Source of the DNA: Methanobacteriota archaeon
Lineage (GTDB): Archaea; Halobacteriota; Bog-38; Methanoflorentales; Methanoflorentaceae
DNA length: 64,000 nucleotides
Direction: 5' to 3'
Assembly (NCBI GenBank): GCA_963719035.1
Contig: CAVRAO010000008.1
Location: forward strand, 192,001 to 256,000
The position numbers and the translations under genes were made by a program. Shown piece after piece: positions 1 through 9,844 of this stretch. Numbering within the stretch: position 1 is the stretch's first letter; every line of letters starts with the position of its first letter. The notes beneath the pieces were generated by a model that did not search any database, was not told where the DNA came from, and saw nothing but the letters and a program-made list of their open reading frames with translations.

Positions 1-78
1 TTGACTGATCTCCCCATGTAAGAAGGATGTGTGGCCTTTTACTTGGTCGCAAAAGACGCGAATCAACATTAGGGCCGT

Positions 79-1518
79 CTAGTAAGTCTGCAGTCGTATC
101 CGTTGGCCTAGTATGCACTTCCCGCCCCTTAGTCCCCCAAATGGGTTTTTCGGTGTCCCTAGTGAATTCATGCAACGCGCCATGATGGCAGCTCCTCGCG
201 CGAGCCCATCATCGACGAACACGATATACTCCTCTGGCTTAGCGTAGATGCCCAGCTCTTTGATGACCTTCAAAATATGCTTCGGCTTGTTTCCAGTGAT
301 GCCCGCGCGGCCTGTTATCCCAATACTTGTCTTGTCATTGATCAGACCCTTTGTAAATGCCGCCTTTATGATCCTCTCAGCGATGCCGGTAGAGACCCAG
401 TCAATCACGTCGTAGAGCATTTCGAGTCCAAAATCGTGATAAATCTCGCCGCCAACTTTCGAAATCCGGTGAAGATCGCTGCCGTTTTCACCCGAATCAA
501 CGCCGATGAGTGTTAATCCTATTTGCTCTGCCGCGCGTGGATTGACGGGAACGCTCCCAAATCGCTTCGATGTTTTTGGCACTTCTTCTATTCGGATGTG
601 TTCGTGGATCTCGTTTGCGAGAGCTCTTGCGTCCCGCTCCCGCCCAATGCCGACCTTTAACCGGCTGGGCTTTGGCAGATCGAACGTCGTACCGCTCGTT
701 TCATCTACGAGACCGGTGCCGCGCCCAACGGAATCGACGATTTCCCCTGAGATGCCGCAAAAGTTCGCAATTGTGTTCGCATAGGGAAGAACGTCGTTGG
801 TAATGCGCCCTTTGAAGGTCGTTCCGAAATCCATCGACAGGCACGGATTTCGGAAGTCAACATCTGCCCATTTCGCCCCTTCCTTGATTCCCGCAGTCGC
901 TAGCTCCCCTTCCATCTCATTTGCAACTACTTCAACGCCGGTCGAGCCTATCGGAGGCAGGACGCCACTCACCGAACCGTCAAACGCGACTTTATCGAGG
1001 AGACTGTATTCGCGAAACTTCTTCGGAAGGTGGTGAAGACTCATTGCTGGCGTCATTTTTCTTGCTGTAACGCCCGCCATTAAACAGCCATCGGCGAGTG
1101 CCTTTATGAACTCGCCAATGTCTTCGGGCCGATCAAACCCGGCGACGACGCCGGTAGAGCGCACGACAAAGTGAAGATCATCAGCAAGCTCGAGATTAGC
1201 GTTTCGCACCGACTGAATTAGGGTCCGTTTCACCATTTCGGCGATGCTGTTTCGTGTAAGCGGCTTGTAGGTAAGTGTACGCCCAAAGATCTCTTCGCCT
1301 GGCTTCGGGTCGCGCACGTCACGCGTCATACTGACGACTTTGTTAACGACATATGCCTTGCCTTCACGCATGTTCGTGGCCGTGAGGATACTCTTTGTCG
1401 TCGTGTTGCCCACTTCGACGGACGCCACCACATAGAACGGCCCCTTTTTGATTTCAAGCAGGGACACCTCTTCGTTCCTTGCTATCTTCGGTTTAGCCCC
1501 CCACAGACCTAAGGCCAC
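79..1518 (-). CDS. Methanogenesis marker 14 protein (DUF2114, ASKHA/actin-like fold)
   Basis: 479 aa; SVEVGNTTTKSIL, HFVVRSTGVVAGF, NEMEGELATAGIK, DFGTT and VDDGLARGAA motifs typical of the family. Confidence 0.9.
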   Translation of the reverse strand: MALGLWGAKPKIARNEEVSLLEIKKGPFYVVASVEVGNTTTKSILTATNMREGKAYVVNKVVSMTRDVRDPKPGEEIFGRTLTYKPLTRNSIAEMVKRTLIQSVRNANLELADDLHFVVRSTGVVAGFDRPEDIGEFIKALADGCLMAGVTARKMTPAMSLHHLPKKFREYSLLDKVAFDGSVSGVLPPIGSTGVEVVANEMEGELATAGIKEGAKWADVDFRNPCLSMDFGTTFKGRITNDVLPYANTIANFCGISGEIVDSVGRGTGLVDETSGTTFDLPKPSRLKVGIGRERDARALANEIHEHIRIEEVPKTSKRFGSVPVNPRAAEQIGLTLIGVDSGENGSDLHRISKVGGEIYHDFGLEMLYDVIDWVSTGIAERIIKAAFTKGLINDKTSIGITGRAGITGNKPKHILKVIKELGIYAKPEEYIVFVDDGLARGAAIMARCMNSLGTPKNPFGGLRGGKCILGQRIRLQTY

Positions 1519-1633
1519 GATGTTTTCCCCTCCTCAATATTCCTCAATGACGCAGCAATCGATTTCTTCCAGCTATTAAACCAGATCATTTATTTTCTGC
1601 TCTGTTACGGCAACGTATTTTTTTAGCTTATAA

Positions 1634-2377
1634 TCATTGATTTTTATTTGGATTCTCGTTAATAAGTCCTAAGAGCATTCCTCGCCCCTTTCGCGATTTA
1701 AAAAGCGGAACGTCCCAATTTTGAACAATTCTTGATCGCTGCCCACTGCTTGGCCGACCTGTGTTGTCAATGCCCTGCTTTTCGTAAAGCTCCTTATGAA
1801 CAAGAATCCCCTTCCGCTGCCACGATGGAGTCTTTGCAAGGTTGACACCGCGGTTGAACATAAACTCGTGCATTTCGCTAGCGTTCATCTCAAACAGTTT
1901 AGCGTGAGCGTCTCGCGCACACTCGCCTTCTTGTCTCAAATGGTAGTAGGTGTATGCGTGCAGATGATTTCGCCAAGCTTCATTTTGTCGCCATTCGAGA
2001 TACGGAGGTACATCCAGCTTGTTCACGGGAACGACGCGTGCATCGAACGCTAAAGGCATACTGGGCGCGAGCTGTAATGTCACTGCACTCGCAAAGAAGC
2101 TGGCGATAACAGAATCAAGCTTCTCGATCCTGCCATCAAAAGGAGCTTCAAGAAAGAGAGCATTTGCTTCGTCAGAAAACGTGAAAACCAGCTGCGCCGG
2201 CAGGCCACTTCGGTGCATAAGGGCTTCCGAAGCAGCGGCCATAGACTTCGCAAAGGTGAGGTCGTGCGGCTGTTCGCTTTTAAGCAGCGAAAGCGCGTGT
2301 CGGAAATTCCTTCCGTCAACACGAACAAAAAAAGGAGCGACTGTACGCAAGCCTGCGTAGATCTCGCGCTCTTTCAT
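1634..2377 (-). CDS. thg1: tRNA(His) guanylyltransferase Thg1-like protein (3'-5' polymerase)
   Basis: VRVDGRNF, FSDE, AFDARVV, WRQxEAWRN, PSWQRKG motifs. Confidence 0.92.
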   Translation of the reverse strand: MKEREIYAGLRTVAPFFVRVDGRNFRHALSLLKSEQPHDLTFAKSMAAASEALMHRSGLPAQLVFTFSDEANALFLEAPFDGRIEKLDSVIASFFASAVTLQLAPSMPLAFDARVVPVNKLDVPPYLEWRQNEAWRNHLHAYTYYHLRQEGECARDAHAKLFEMNASEMHEFMFNRGVNLAKTPSWQRKGILVHKELYEKQGIDNTGRPSSGQRSRIVQNWDVPLFKSRKGRGMLLGLINENPNKNQ

Positions 2378-2646
2378 TACGCTTCTTCTTTGGGCTTGGC
2401 TCGACTGATGAGCGTTTTCACGACGCTGCTAACGAGGATAATGTCAGCTATAGACTTTGCGAACCGGTAGGGTATCACTACAAATCGGTACTTTATGTCA
2501 AAAATATTATGGTTAATGTCGCCAATAACGAGGCCTGTAACCCTCTTATCGTTCGTGTCGATCTTGATATCCTCCACTTTTCCTACATAATCTCCTTTAT
2601 CAGTGTATACGTTAAGATCCATTATCTGTGTTAGCTCGATTCGCAT
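2377..2646 (-). CDS. PRC-barrel domain protein (possibly CdpB-like cell-division factor)
   Basis: 89 aa; VYTDKGDYVGKVEDIKID...VVIPYRFAKSIADIILV; coupled to thg1 by TAATG overlap. Confidence 0.85.
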   Translation of the reverse strand: MRIELTQIMDLNVYTDKGDYVGKVEDIKIDTNDKRVTGLVIGDINHNIFDIKYRFVVIPYRFAKSIADIILVSSVVKTLISRAKPKEEA

Positions 2647-2702
2647 TTTAACCTCCCTTTCGAGTTTCGTGTAACAGCTCCTCCATGCACTATCGACTAA
2701 AG

Positions 2703-2722
2703 TGATATATAGTTTATTAAAT
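2703..2722. promoter_or_regulatory. Divergent TATA-like promoter region
   Basis: AT-rich GATATATAGTTTATTAAAT about 25-55 bp from two divergent start codons. Confidence 0.5.
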
Positions 2723-2745
2723 AAAGGCTAAATCAGGATTATTCT

Positions 2746-3852
2746 ATGGCTTGGTCTTTTCGAATCGCTACCGTTCGCGGAATCCCGATTCTTATCAATA
2801 TTACGCTTATACTGATTATTCCCCTCTTCGCCTTCGCGTTTTCCATCTCCCCCCCGCCTCTAGGGTTTGGAAACGTTCCCAACTCATTCGTTTACGGGAC
2901 AATAGCGGGCATTATGATCTTTGTTTTCGTGCTGCTCCACGAGCTTGGGCACTCCCTTCTGGCCTTGCACTACAGCATCGAAGTGAAAAGCATAACGCTT
3001 TACCTCATCGGAGGGGTTTCTGCAATCGAAATCCCGAAAGATCCAAAACTCGAGTTCAGAACTGCGTTAGTCGGGCCACTGGTCAGCTTGGGCCTCGGCG
3101 CGCTCTTTTTCGGATTGAGCCTTGCAGTGACCGCAACTGTGCCAAATCTGTTTTTGCAGAACTTTGCGTATATTAACCTTGTTCTCGGTGGGTTCAATAT
3201 CCTTCCAGCGTTTCCTATGGATGGCGGACGCGTGTTCCGGGCATGGCTTGCCGGTCGGCAGCCTTATTTGCAGGCGACGCACACCGCCGTGCAAATTGGC
3301 AAGATTTTTGCGATTGCAATGGGCATCGCCGGATTGTTTTATCTCGGTCCATTTATCATCATCATAGCTTTCTTTATCTATATCGCGGCGTCTGATGAGG
3401 AGCGACAGACGACGATCACGCAGACGCTTGCGGGAATTAAGGTGCGGGATATCATGACGACGGACGTGATGACCGTCCCTCCGTCGATGCCGATTACCCA
3501 GCTGATCGAAGTGATGTTTCAGAGCAAACACGCGAGTTATCCTGTCGTCGACAAAGGAACGCTTGTGGGTCTCATTACCTTTGGCAATGTGCATCAGGTG
3601 CCCGCAAACCGTCGAGATGATATTATGGTGGGCAACGTCATGACGCGCAACTTTGAGCCCGCAAAGCCTGATGACGAAGCTTCTGAGGCATTCGTTAAGC
3701 TTGCGCAACAGAAGCTGGGGTCGATTCCGGTCGTGCAGGATGGCAACGTGGTCGGGATCGTCACGCAAAAAGACGTAACAAGCGCCATGACTCTGCTCGG
3801 GGAGGCGCGCGAACAGCTCGTGCGCCCTGACGGCACTGTGATCAAAGCTTAA
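2746..3852 (+). CDS. Site-2 protease (M50) with C-terminal CBS pair
   Basis: HELGH zinc motif, NILPAFPMDGGR, multiple TM helices, then two CBS repeats (VRDIMTTDV..., VGNVMTRN...). Confidence 0.93.
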   Translation: MAWSFRIATVRGIPILINITLILIIPLFAFAFSISPPPLGFGNVPNSFVYGTIAGIMIFVFVLLHELGHSLLALHYSIEVKSITLYLIGGVSAIEIPKDPKLEFRTALVGPLVSLGLGALFFGLSLAVTATVPNLFLQNFAYINLVLGGFNILPAFPMDGGRVFRAWLAGRQPYLQATHTAVQIGKIFAIAMGIAGLFYLGPFIIIIAFFIYIAASDEERQTTITQTLAGIKVRDIMTTDVMTVPPSMPITQLIEVMFQSKHASYPVVDKGTLVGLITFGNVHQVPANRRDDIMVGNVMTRNFEPAKPDDEASEAFVKLAQQKLGSIPVVQDGNVVGIVTQKDVTSAMTLLGEAREQLVRPDGTVIKA

Positions 3853-3867
3853 TGGAAGCAGGACCTG

Positions 3868-5071
3868 ATGAACGAAAGCCCCGATCAGCCCCCAGAAATC
3901 ATCGTTGTCGGAACTGCACATATCTCAGAAGAGAGCATCGCAGAAGTACACCGGACCATCGAAGAGAACGACCTGACGTCGTGGCGGTTGAGTTGGACCC
4001 TGGACGGTACCAGGCGTTGACGCACCCTGAACAACAAAGTGCATCGATCAAGGATATCCTCTCGAGCGGCAAACTATACCAGTTCTTAGTTCACTGGCTG
4101 CTCGCCTACGTACAGAACAAGCTCGGCGTCGGAAGTCGGCGTTAAGCCCGGGAGCGAGATGCTGTCCGCTATCGATGCGGCACGGAGCGTCGGGTGCGAG
4201 CGTGGCACTCGTCGATCGCGATATTAACGTAACCATCGCTCGATTCTGGGCGAAGATGCGCCTCATTGAGAAGTTGAAAATGCTTTTCGCGCTTCTCGGG
4301 ATTACGACAAGTGACGAGGAAATCGACCTCAACGAGATCACGAACGACGATACTATCTCACAACTTGTCACTGAACTGCGGCAATTCTCACCAAACGCAG
4401 CACAAGTGCTCGTCGACGAGCGTGACGCGTACTTAGCAGGCAATTTACTCAGACTACGCGGAAAGATCGTAGCAGTCGTCGGCGCGGGCCATAAAGAGGG
4501 AATAAAACATTATCTTGACCACCCAGAGCTCGTTCCGTCACTTGAAGAGCTCAATACTATTCCGAAGAAACGCTTCAACTTCACAAAAATTGTGGGAATT
4601 GCTTTTTTAGCGGTAATAATAGGATTATTCGCGCTCATAATTCTTTCCGGCGCCCCACTCGCCGTCGTGTTGCTTGCCTTCGGGTATTGGTTTATCCTTC
4701 ACGCTGTTCTTGCAGCTGGTTTTGCTACAGCTAGTAGAAGTCATCCGCTTACAATTGCTGCGTCCGCCGGTTACGCTGGCTTTAGCCCCTTTATTCCGAT
4801 TCCATTTCTCAAGGTTGGCGTCATTGCCGGATTAATTGAAGCGGCAAAGCGACCACCAAGAACCGAAGATTTTTCAGGAATCACTAAAGCTACTTCAGTC
4901 CGAGAACTTCTTTCGAACAAGCTTTTTAGAATACTCGTAGTTGCCGTCGCGGTTAACGTAGGCAGCTCCCTAGCGACTTTCATCGCTCTGCTCGTTATAT
5001 TTCCGATGACTGGCGTGAACCCGTATGATCTCCTGCAAACCGCCTTCTCGCGCATAGCGGGGATGGTGTAG
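3868..5071 (+). CDS. TraB/GumN family membrane protein, interrupted by three single-base indels (probably sequencing errors)
   Basis: ATG 3868 gives IIVVGTAHIS; ERPDVVAVELDPGRY in a second frame; GVKPGSEMLSAI, then LVDRDI...LVDERDAYLA...VVGAGH. Indels at about 3965 (-1), 4128 (+1) and 4192 (+1); span 1204 nt = 3n+1. Confidence 0.85.
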
Positions 5072-5075
5072 AGCA

Positions 5076-5699
5076 ATGACGCGACACACGACAAGCAGCA
5101 AGGAAGTGCTTGACCTTCTTATAGCGTGGCTGGGCGTGTCATTCGCCTTCTATCTCGTATTATTCCGACCGAACTGGTCTCACGCGTCGTTCGAGAGCGT
5201 CCTCCCTCCACTGATCATCACCCTAGTCGTCGTTGGCTCAAGTTTTGTCTTACACGAGCTTTTGCACAAGTTTACGGCTCAGCATTTTGGTTTCTGGTCT
5301 GAATTTAGAGCAAGCTATACTATGCTTGCATTTGCGATCCTGTTTGCCGCCATTGCAGGAATCGTTTTCGCGGCCCCCGGCGCTACGATGATTTACGGAC
5401 CGACCATCACCAAGCGACAAAATGGGATCATTTCTGCCGCTGGACCCCTACTAAATCTAGCGTTAGGTGGATTGTTCTTACTACTCTATCTCCTCGCGCC
5501 GTCGGGAGGCGTGCTCAGAGAGTTGGGGTACCTCGGTTTTTTTATCAACGTTTGGCTTTCTGCCTTCAACTTGCTGCCGATAGGCCCCCTCGACGGAAAA
5601 AAAGTGCTTGACTGGGGGATCCCACAATACGTAGTGATAGCAACGCTGCCTTTTTTAGCGGCCATTTTTATCTTTACTGGCGGTTTCAACCTGCTCTAA
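5076..5699 (+). CDS. Small M50-type intramembrane Zn metalloprotease
   Basis: HELLHK, AAGPLLN, FNLLPIGPLDGKKV; commonly adjacent to TraB in Euryarchaeota. Confidence 0.88.
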   Translation: MTRHTTSSKEVLDLLIAWLGVSFAFYLVLFRPNWSHASFESVLPPLIITLVVVGSSFVLHELLHKFTAQHFGFWSEFRASYTMLAFAILFAAIAGIVFAAPGATMIYGPTITKRQNGIISAAGPLLNLALGGLFLLLYLLAPSGGVLRELGYLGFFINVWLSAFNLLPIGPLDGKKVLDWGIPQYVVIATLPFLAAIFIFTGGFNLL

Positions 5700-5854
5700 A
5701 CGATATTAGTCTGCGTTATCTTGCACATACATCTTTCTAACGACAGAGGTGGCTCAAAAAACAGAGCTGTGGAAAAAAGGAAGCTACAAAGAACAGTTGA
5801 TTTGCAACAAACTATTAATAGTAACAAGAAGGGCGGAAAATTACAAGGCAAAAT

Positions 5855-7033
5855 ATGCAACAGAAGATGAAACAGAAGAGACCTTTTCACGTCATGATAA
5901 TACCGACCCTCGGCTGTCCCTCCAAATGCGCCTACTGCTGGAGTTCTGAGGTAGGTTCACCCGTCATGAGCATCGAGACGATAAAGGATATTATAGCCTG
6001 GCTCAAGGACTTCAGAAACGATCCGGTCACATTCACGTTTCACGGCGGAGAACCCCTCCTGGCCGGGGCCGATTTCTATCAGCAGGCTCTGCCCCTGCTG
6101 ACTAATGAACTTCAGGATATCGAGCCCAACTTCGCCTTGCAGACCAACCTCTGGAAGCTCACTCCCGATCTGGCTGAGATTCTGGCCAAATACAAAATTC
6201 CTATCGGCTCCAGCCTGGACGGGCCGAAGGAGCTAAACGACCTGCAGAGATCAAAGGGCTACTATGACAGGACCATGAAGGGGTATGAGCTGGCCAAAAA
6301 ACATGGACTTCAGGTGCAGTTCATTTGCACCTTCACCTCCCACTCCGTGCAGTTCAAGGAGGATATCTTCAAATTTTTCATGGATAACCATCTCACCCTC
6401 AAGCTGCACCCGGCGCTGCCCTCTCTAAAAAGCTACGAGCCGGACCGGTGGGCCCTTTCCCCTGAGAAATACGGAGACCTCTTGGTCTATCTGCTGGACA
6501 AGTATCTGGAGAATATGGACCAGATAGAGGTGCGAAACATCAACGACTATGCCCGATGCGTCTTGACCGGTAGAGGTACGGTCTGCACTTTCGTAGACTG
6601 CATGGAGAACACCTTTGCCGTGGGCCCTGATGGCAGCATTTATCCCTGCTACCGGTTCGTGGGAATGCTCGAGTATGTCATGGGCCACGTCCGGGACCGC
6701 CCCAGCCAAGAGGATCTAATCCAGTCGGCGGCAGGAGTTCGCATGCAACGCTTCAAGGAGCATGTAGACCGGGAATGCACGGGTTGCAGACACATCCGCT
6801 ACTGCCGGGGGGGCTGCCCCTACAATGCAATAGCGCGGAGCGACGGTGAGATCGAAGGGGTTGATCCCCACTGCCAGGCCTACAGGCGGATTTTCAAAGA
6901 GATTGCCGATCGCTTCAACCTAGAGCTGATGGGCTCGCTGGACATGGAGATGGGACTGCCAGCCAGGCCAAAAGCCGAAAAGGGAATCAGGCCGGCGATT
7001 ATGCCCCTAGTGCGAAAGCTGGCATCGGATTAA
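5855..7033 (+). CDS. Radical SAM/SPASM protein, TIGR04083-like putative peptide-modifying family of methanogens
   Basis: PFHVMIIPTLGCPSKCAYC (CxxxCxxC), FHGGEPLL; SPASM cysteines CTFVDC...YPCYRF...CTGCRHIRYCRGGCPY...C. Confidence 0.85.
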   Translation: MQQKMKQKRPFHVMIIPTLGCPSKCAYCWSSEVGSPVMSIETIKDIIAWLKDFRNDPVTFTFHGGEPLLAGADFYQQALPLLTNELQDIEPNFALQTNLWKLTPDLAEILAKYKIPIGSSLDGPKELNDLQRSKGYYDRTMKGYELAKKHGLQVQFICTFTSHSVQFKEDIFKFFMDNHLTLKLHPALPSLKSYEPDRWALSPEKYGDLLVYLLDKYLENMDQIEVRNINDYARCVLTGRGTVCTFVDCMENTFAVGPDGSIYPCYRFVGMLEYVMGHVRDRPSQEDLIQSAAGVRMQRFKEHVDRECTGCRHIRYCRGGCPYNAIARSDGEIEGVDPHCQAYRRIFKEIADRFNLELMGSLDMEMGLPARPKAEKGIRPAIMPLVRKLASD

Positions 7034-7193
7034 TACTTATCCTCCAGCAGGGTAATGCTACCTATCCAGAGTGAGTGTATTCTCACTTCGTGAATTGATC
7101 CAGCGGCATTCAGCTCCTTATCTCCGTCAGAAGGCTTTAATACCATCAATCTGGATAAACTGCTTCAAACACAGCCAATAAGGTCAAGATAAA

Positions 7194-8609
7194 ATGAGAT
7201 ATGTAATGAAATTCGGCGGCACCTCTGTGGGAGATGGGACGAGAATAAAACAGGTCGGGGAGCTCGTACGAAGCTATTATGACCAAGGAGATGAAATTGC
7301 AGTGGTCGTTTCTGCCATGTCCGGCTTGACGGACGAACTTCAAACCATCGCAGAACGCATGACGAGTGAACACGCCGAGGTTACTGAGGTCTCAGAATTT
7401 GTTAATAAGGTAGGTAAGAGACATTTCGATGCCACCTATACTGCAATCGAAGACGAGATGATCGTCACGGAGGTGATATCAGAAATTGAAACGAGACTCG
7501 AAGAACTTAAAAACGCACTCACCGGCATATATCATCTCGGAGAGCTCACTGATAGATCTTATGACTATATCTCTTCTTTTGGTGAACGATTATCTGCCCC
7601 AATCGTCTCTGGCGCGTTAAAATCGCTTAAAGTCCAATCAGTCTTTTTGATGGGTGGTGAGGCAGGTATTATAACCGACAGCAAACATCGTGGCGCACGC
7701 CCAACGGAGATCACAGAAAGGCGCGTTAACGAGCGTCTTGATCCACTTCTGAAAGTTGGCATTGTGCCCGTTATCACCGGTTTTATTGCATACAACATAC
7801 ATAATATCATCACAACACTGGGGAGGGGCGGTTCCGACTACACAGCATCAATTATTGGCAGCGCCGTCGACGCAGACGAAATTTGGATTTGGACTGACGT
7901 CGATGGCATCATGACTGCAGATCCTAAGCTCGTTTCCAACGCCCGAACACTACCGCAGATATCTTACGTCGAAGCGATGGAAATTTCGTACTTTGGAGCG
8001 AAGGTCATACATCCAAACACAATAGAACCGGCGGTAACTAAGGGGATCCCTGTACGGGTGAAGAACACTTTTAATCCAAGCGGCGCAGGCACGACTATCG
8101 TCGACACCGTCAGTAATGACCAAAATCTCGTCAAAGCTGTGACAGCGGTTAGTAACGTTGCCCTTATCACCCTCTCAGGCGCGGGGATGGCCGGAACTAT
8201 CGGCGTCGCAGCCCAAGTGTTTTCTAAACTTGCGAACGTGGGAGTAAACATTATCATGATAAGCCAAGGATCCAGTGAAGCGAATATATCCGTGCTTATA
8301 GAAGAAGAGCATTTAAGCAGCGCTTTAAACGCTCTCCACAACCTTAAGGGTGAGTTTAATAGCAATATCATCAAAGAGATCTCCTGCAACGAGGACGTGA
8401 GTGCGATAGCAGTTGTCGGCTCTCGAATGGCTGGAAAGCCCGGCATAGTCGGCAGGATTTTCAGCTGCATGGGGGGTATCAACGTTAGCGTTATTATGAT
8501 AAGCCAGGGATCAACCGAGCATAACGTCTCATTTGTTTTAAGACGAGATTTCGTTCGTCGCGCTGTAGAAAGTCTACATGATGAGTTTTCTCTTTCAGAA
8601 CTCCAATAG
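7194..8609 (+). CDS. lysC: Aspartate kinase
   Basis: VMKFGGTSV, VVVSAM, TLGRGGSDYTA, WTDVDGIMTADP, two ACT domains. Confidence 0.95.
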   Translation: MRYVMKFGGTSVGDGTRIKQVGELVRSYYDQGDEIAVVVSAMSGLTDELQTIAERMTSEHAEVTEVSEFVNKVGKRHFDATYTAIEDEMIVTEVISEIETRLEELKNALTGIYHLGELTDRSYDYISSFGERLSAPIVSGALKSLKVQSVFLMGGEAGIITDSKHRGARPTEITERRVNERLDPLLKVGIVPVITGFIAYNIHNIITTLGRGGSDYTASIIGSAVDADEIWIWTDVDGIMTADPKLVSNARTLPQISYVEAMEISYFGAKVIHPNTIEPAVTKGIPVRVKNTFNPSGAGTTIVDTVSNDQNLVKAVTAVSNVALITLSGAGMAGTIGVAAQVFSKLANVGVNIIMISQGSSEANISVLIEEEHLSSALNALHNLKGEFNSNIIKEISCNEDVSAIAVVGSRMAGKPGIVGRIFSCMGGINVSVIMISQGSTEHNVSFVLRRDFVRRAVESLHDEFSLSELQ

Positions 8610-8642
8610 CGAAAAACGGGTTACTATACTGATGAGCGATAA

Positions 8643-9653
8643 ATGAATTCGCAGCACCGTCACACTTACGCGGAATCTGGAGTCGACATACTAGTCGAAG
8701 CAGAGGCAATAAGAGCCCTGACAAGGCATTTCACTGCCAAAAAAAAGGGCCACGGCAGTCCTATCAATATAGAGGGTGCTTATGCCGGTTTATTGGATAT
8801 GGGCGATTTCATCATAGGTATCACCACTGATGGGGTCGGATCAAAGGTCCTCGTCGCGACAGAAATGGGTAACTGGCGGACTATTGGAATAGACTGTATG
8901 GCAATGAATGTCAACGATCTTTTTGCAATGGGACTGGAGCCAATCGCGTTTGTCGATTATCTAGCGATGGAGAGCGTGGAACCTTCCATTGCCGATCAAA
9001 TCGGCCAAGGACTCGCAAAAGGGGCAAAGATAGCTAACGTATCCATCGTAGGCGGCGAAACCGCAAGCCTGCCTGATATCATTAGGGGTTTCGACTTGGC
9101 AGGCAGCTGCATTGGAATTGCGACTAAAGAGAAGCTTGTCACCGGCCACAAAATCGAAGAAGGAGATGCCATTGTCGGCATTCCAAGCAGCGGCGTCCAC
9201 AGTAACGGACTTACTCTTGCGCGCAAACTGTTGGCCAAATACAGCTTTCATACGCGTTACGGAAGTATGGAGCGGACACTGGGTGAAGAGCTGCTCGTGC
9301 CTACACGGATCTACTCAGAGGTACTTGACATTAATAGGAATTGCGAAGTGCATGGGATGGCGCACATCACGGGAGGGGGGCTTCTAAATCTCAAGAGACT
9401 TACACACCTAGGTTTCAATTTATCAGATCCACTTGCGCCTCAAGAGATATTCAAAATGATTCAAGCAGAGGGCGTCGACGTTGAGGAGATGTACAAAACC
9501 TTTAATATGGGAATGGGTTTTGCCATAATTGCACCTGAAAGCGAAGCAACACGCATCAAAAGCCTCAGTGACGGCGCCAGGCAGGTCGGCTCTATTTCGA
9601 AACGAGGGATACACGTTCAGTATGATGGCGGTCAGATCGAAATCGCAAAGTAA
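8643..9653 (+). CDS. purM: Phosphoribosylformylglycinamidine cyclo-ligase
   Basis: TYAESGVD, TDGVGSK, GGETA, SSGVHSNG, AHITGGG, TFNMGMG. Confidence 0.96.
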   Translation: MNSQHRHTYAESGVDILVEAEAIRALTRHFTAKKKGHGSPINIEGAYAGLLDMGDFIIGITTDGVGSKVLVATEMGNWRTIGIDCMAMNVNDLFAMGLEPIAFVDYLAMESVEPSIADQIGQGLAKGAKIANVSIVGGETASLPDIIRGFDLAGSCIGIATKEKLVTGHKIEEGDAIVGIPSSGVHSNGLTLARKLLAKYSFHTRYGSMERTLGEELLVPTRIYSEVLDINRNCEVHGMAHITGGGLLNLKRLTHLGFNLSDPLAPQEIFKMIQAEGVDVEEMYKTFNMGMGFAIIAPESEATRIKSLSDGARQVGSISKRGIHVQYDGGQIEIAK

Positions 9654-9844
9654 CGCCCTTGTTCAAATGTCGCATTTCTTAAAAATCGGTCGTAAAGTAT
9701 GTGACGAGCTGGATTATAGGGGTCAAAACAGCGTCCTAAGGTTGGCAGACGCCTGCGATGATTCTCTTGAGCTAATGGAGACCGCGTGCATTCTTTTGCA
9801 AATTGTCAATTCAAGCAATAAAGGGGGCATAGAGCTTCGAAAAG

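Noticed and set aside
1634-2377. Pyrrolysine in Thg1 (in-frame UAG known in Methanosarcina acetivorans)
   Set aside because: The ORF is uninterrupted. Premature TAG/TGA elsewhere (cobS 10605, secY 15582) follow frameshifts, so there is no Pyl/Sec evidence.
5749-5949. 66-aa ORF as radical SAM precursor peptide
   Set aside because: Overlaps the enzyme gene and its TATA box; not Cys-rich and has no leader/core pattern.
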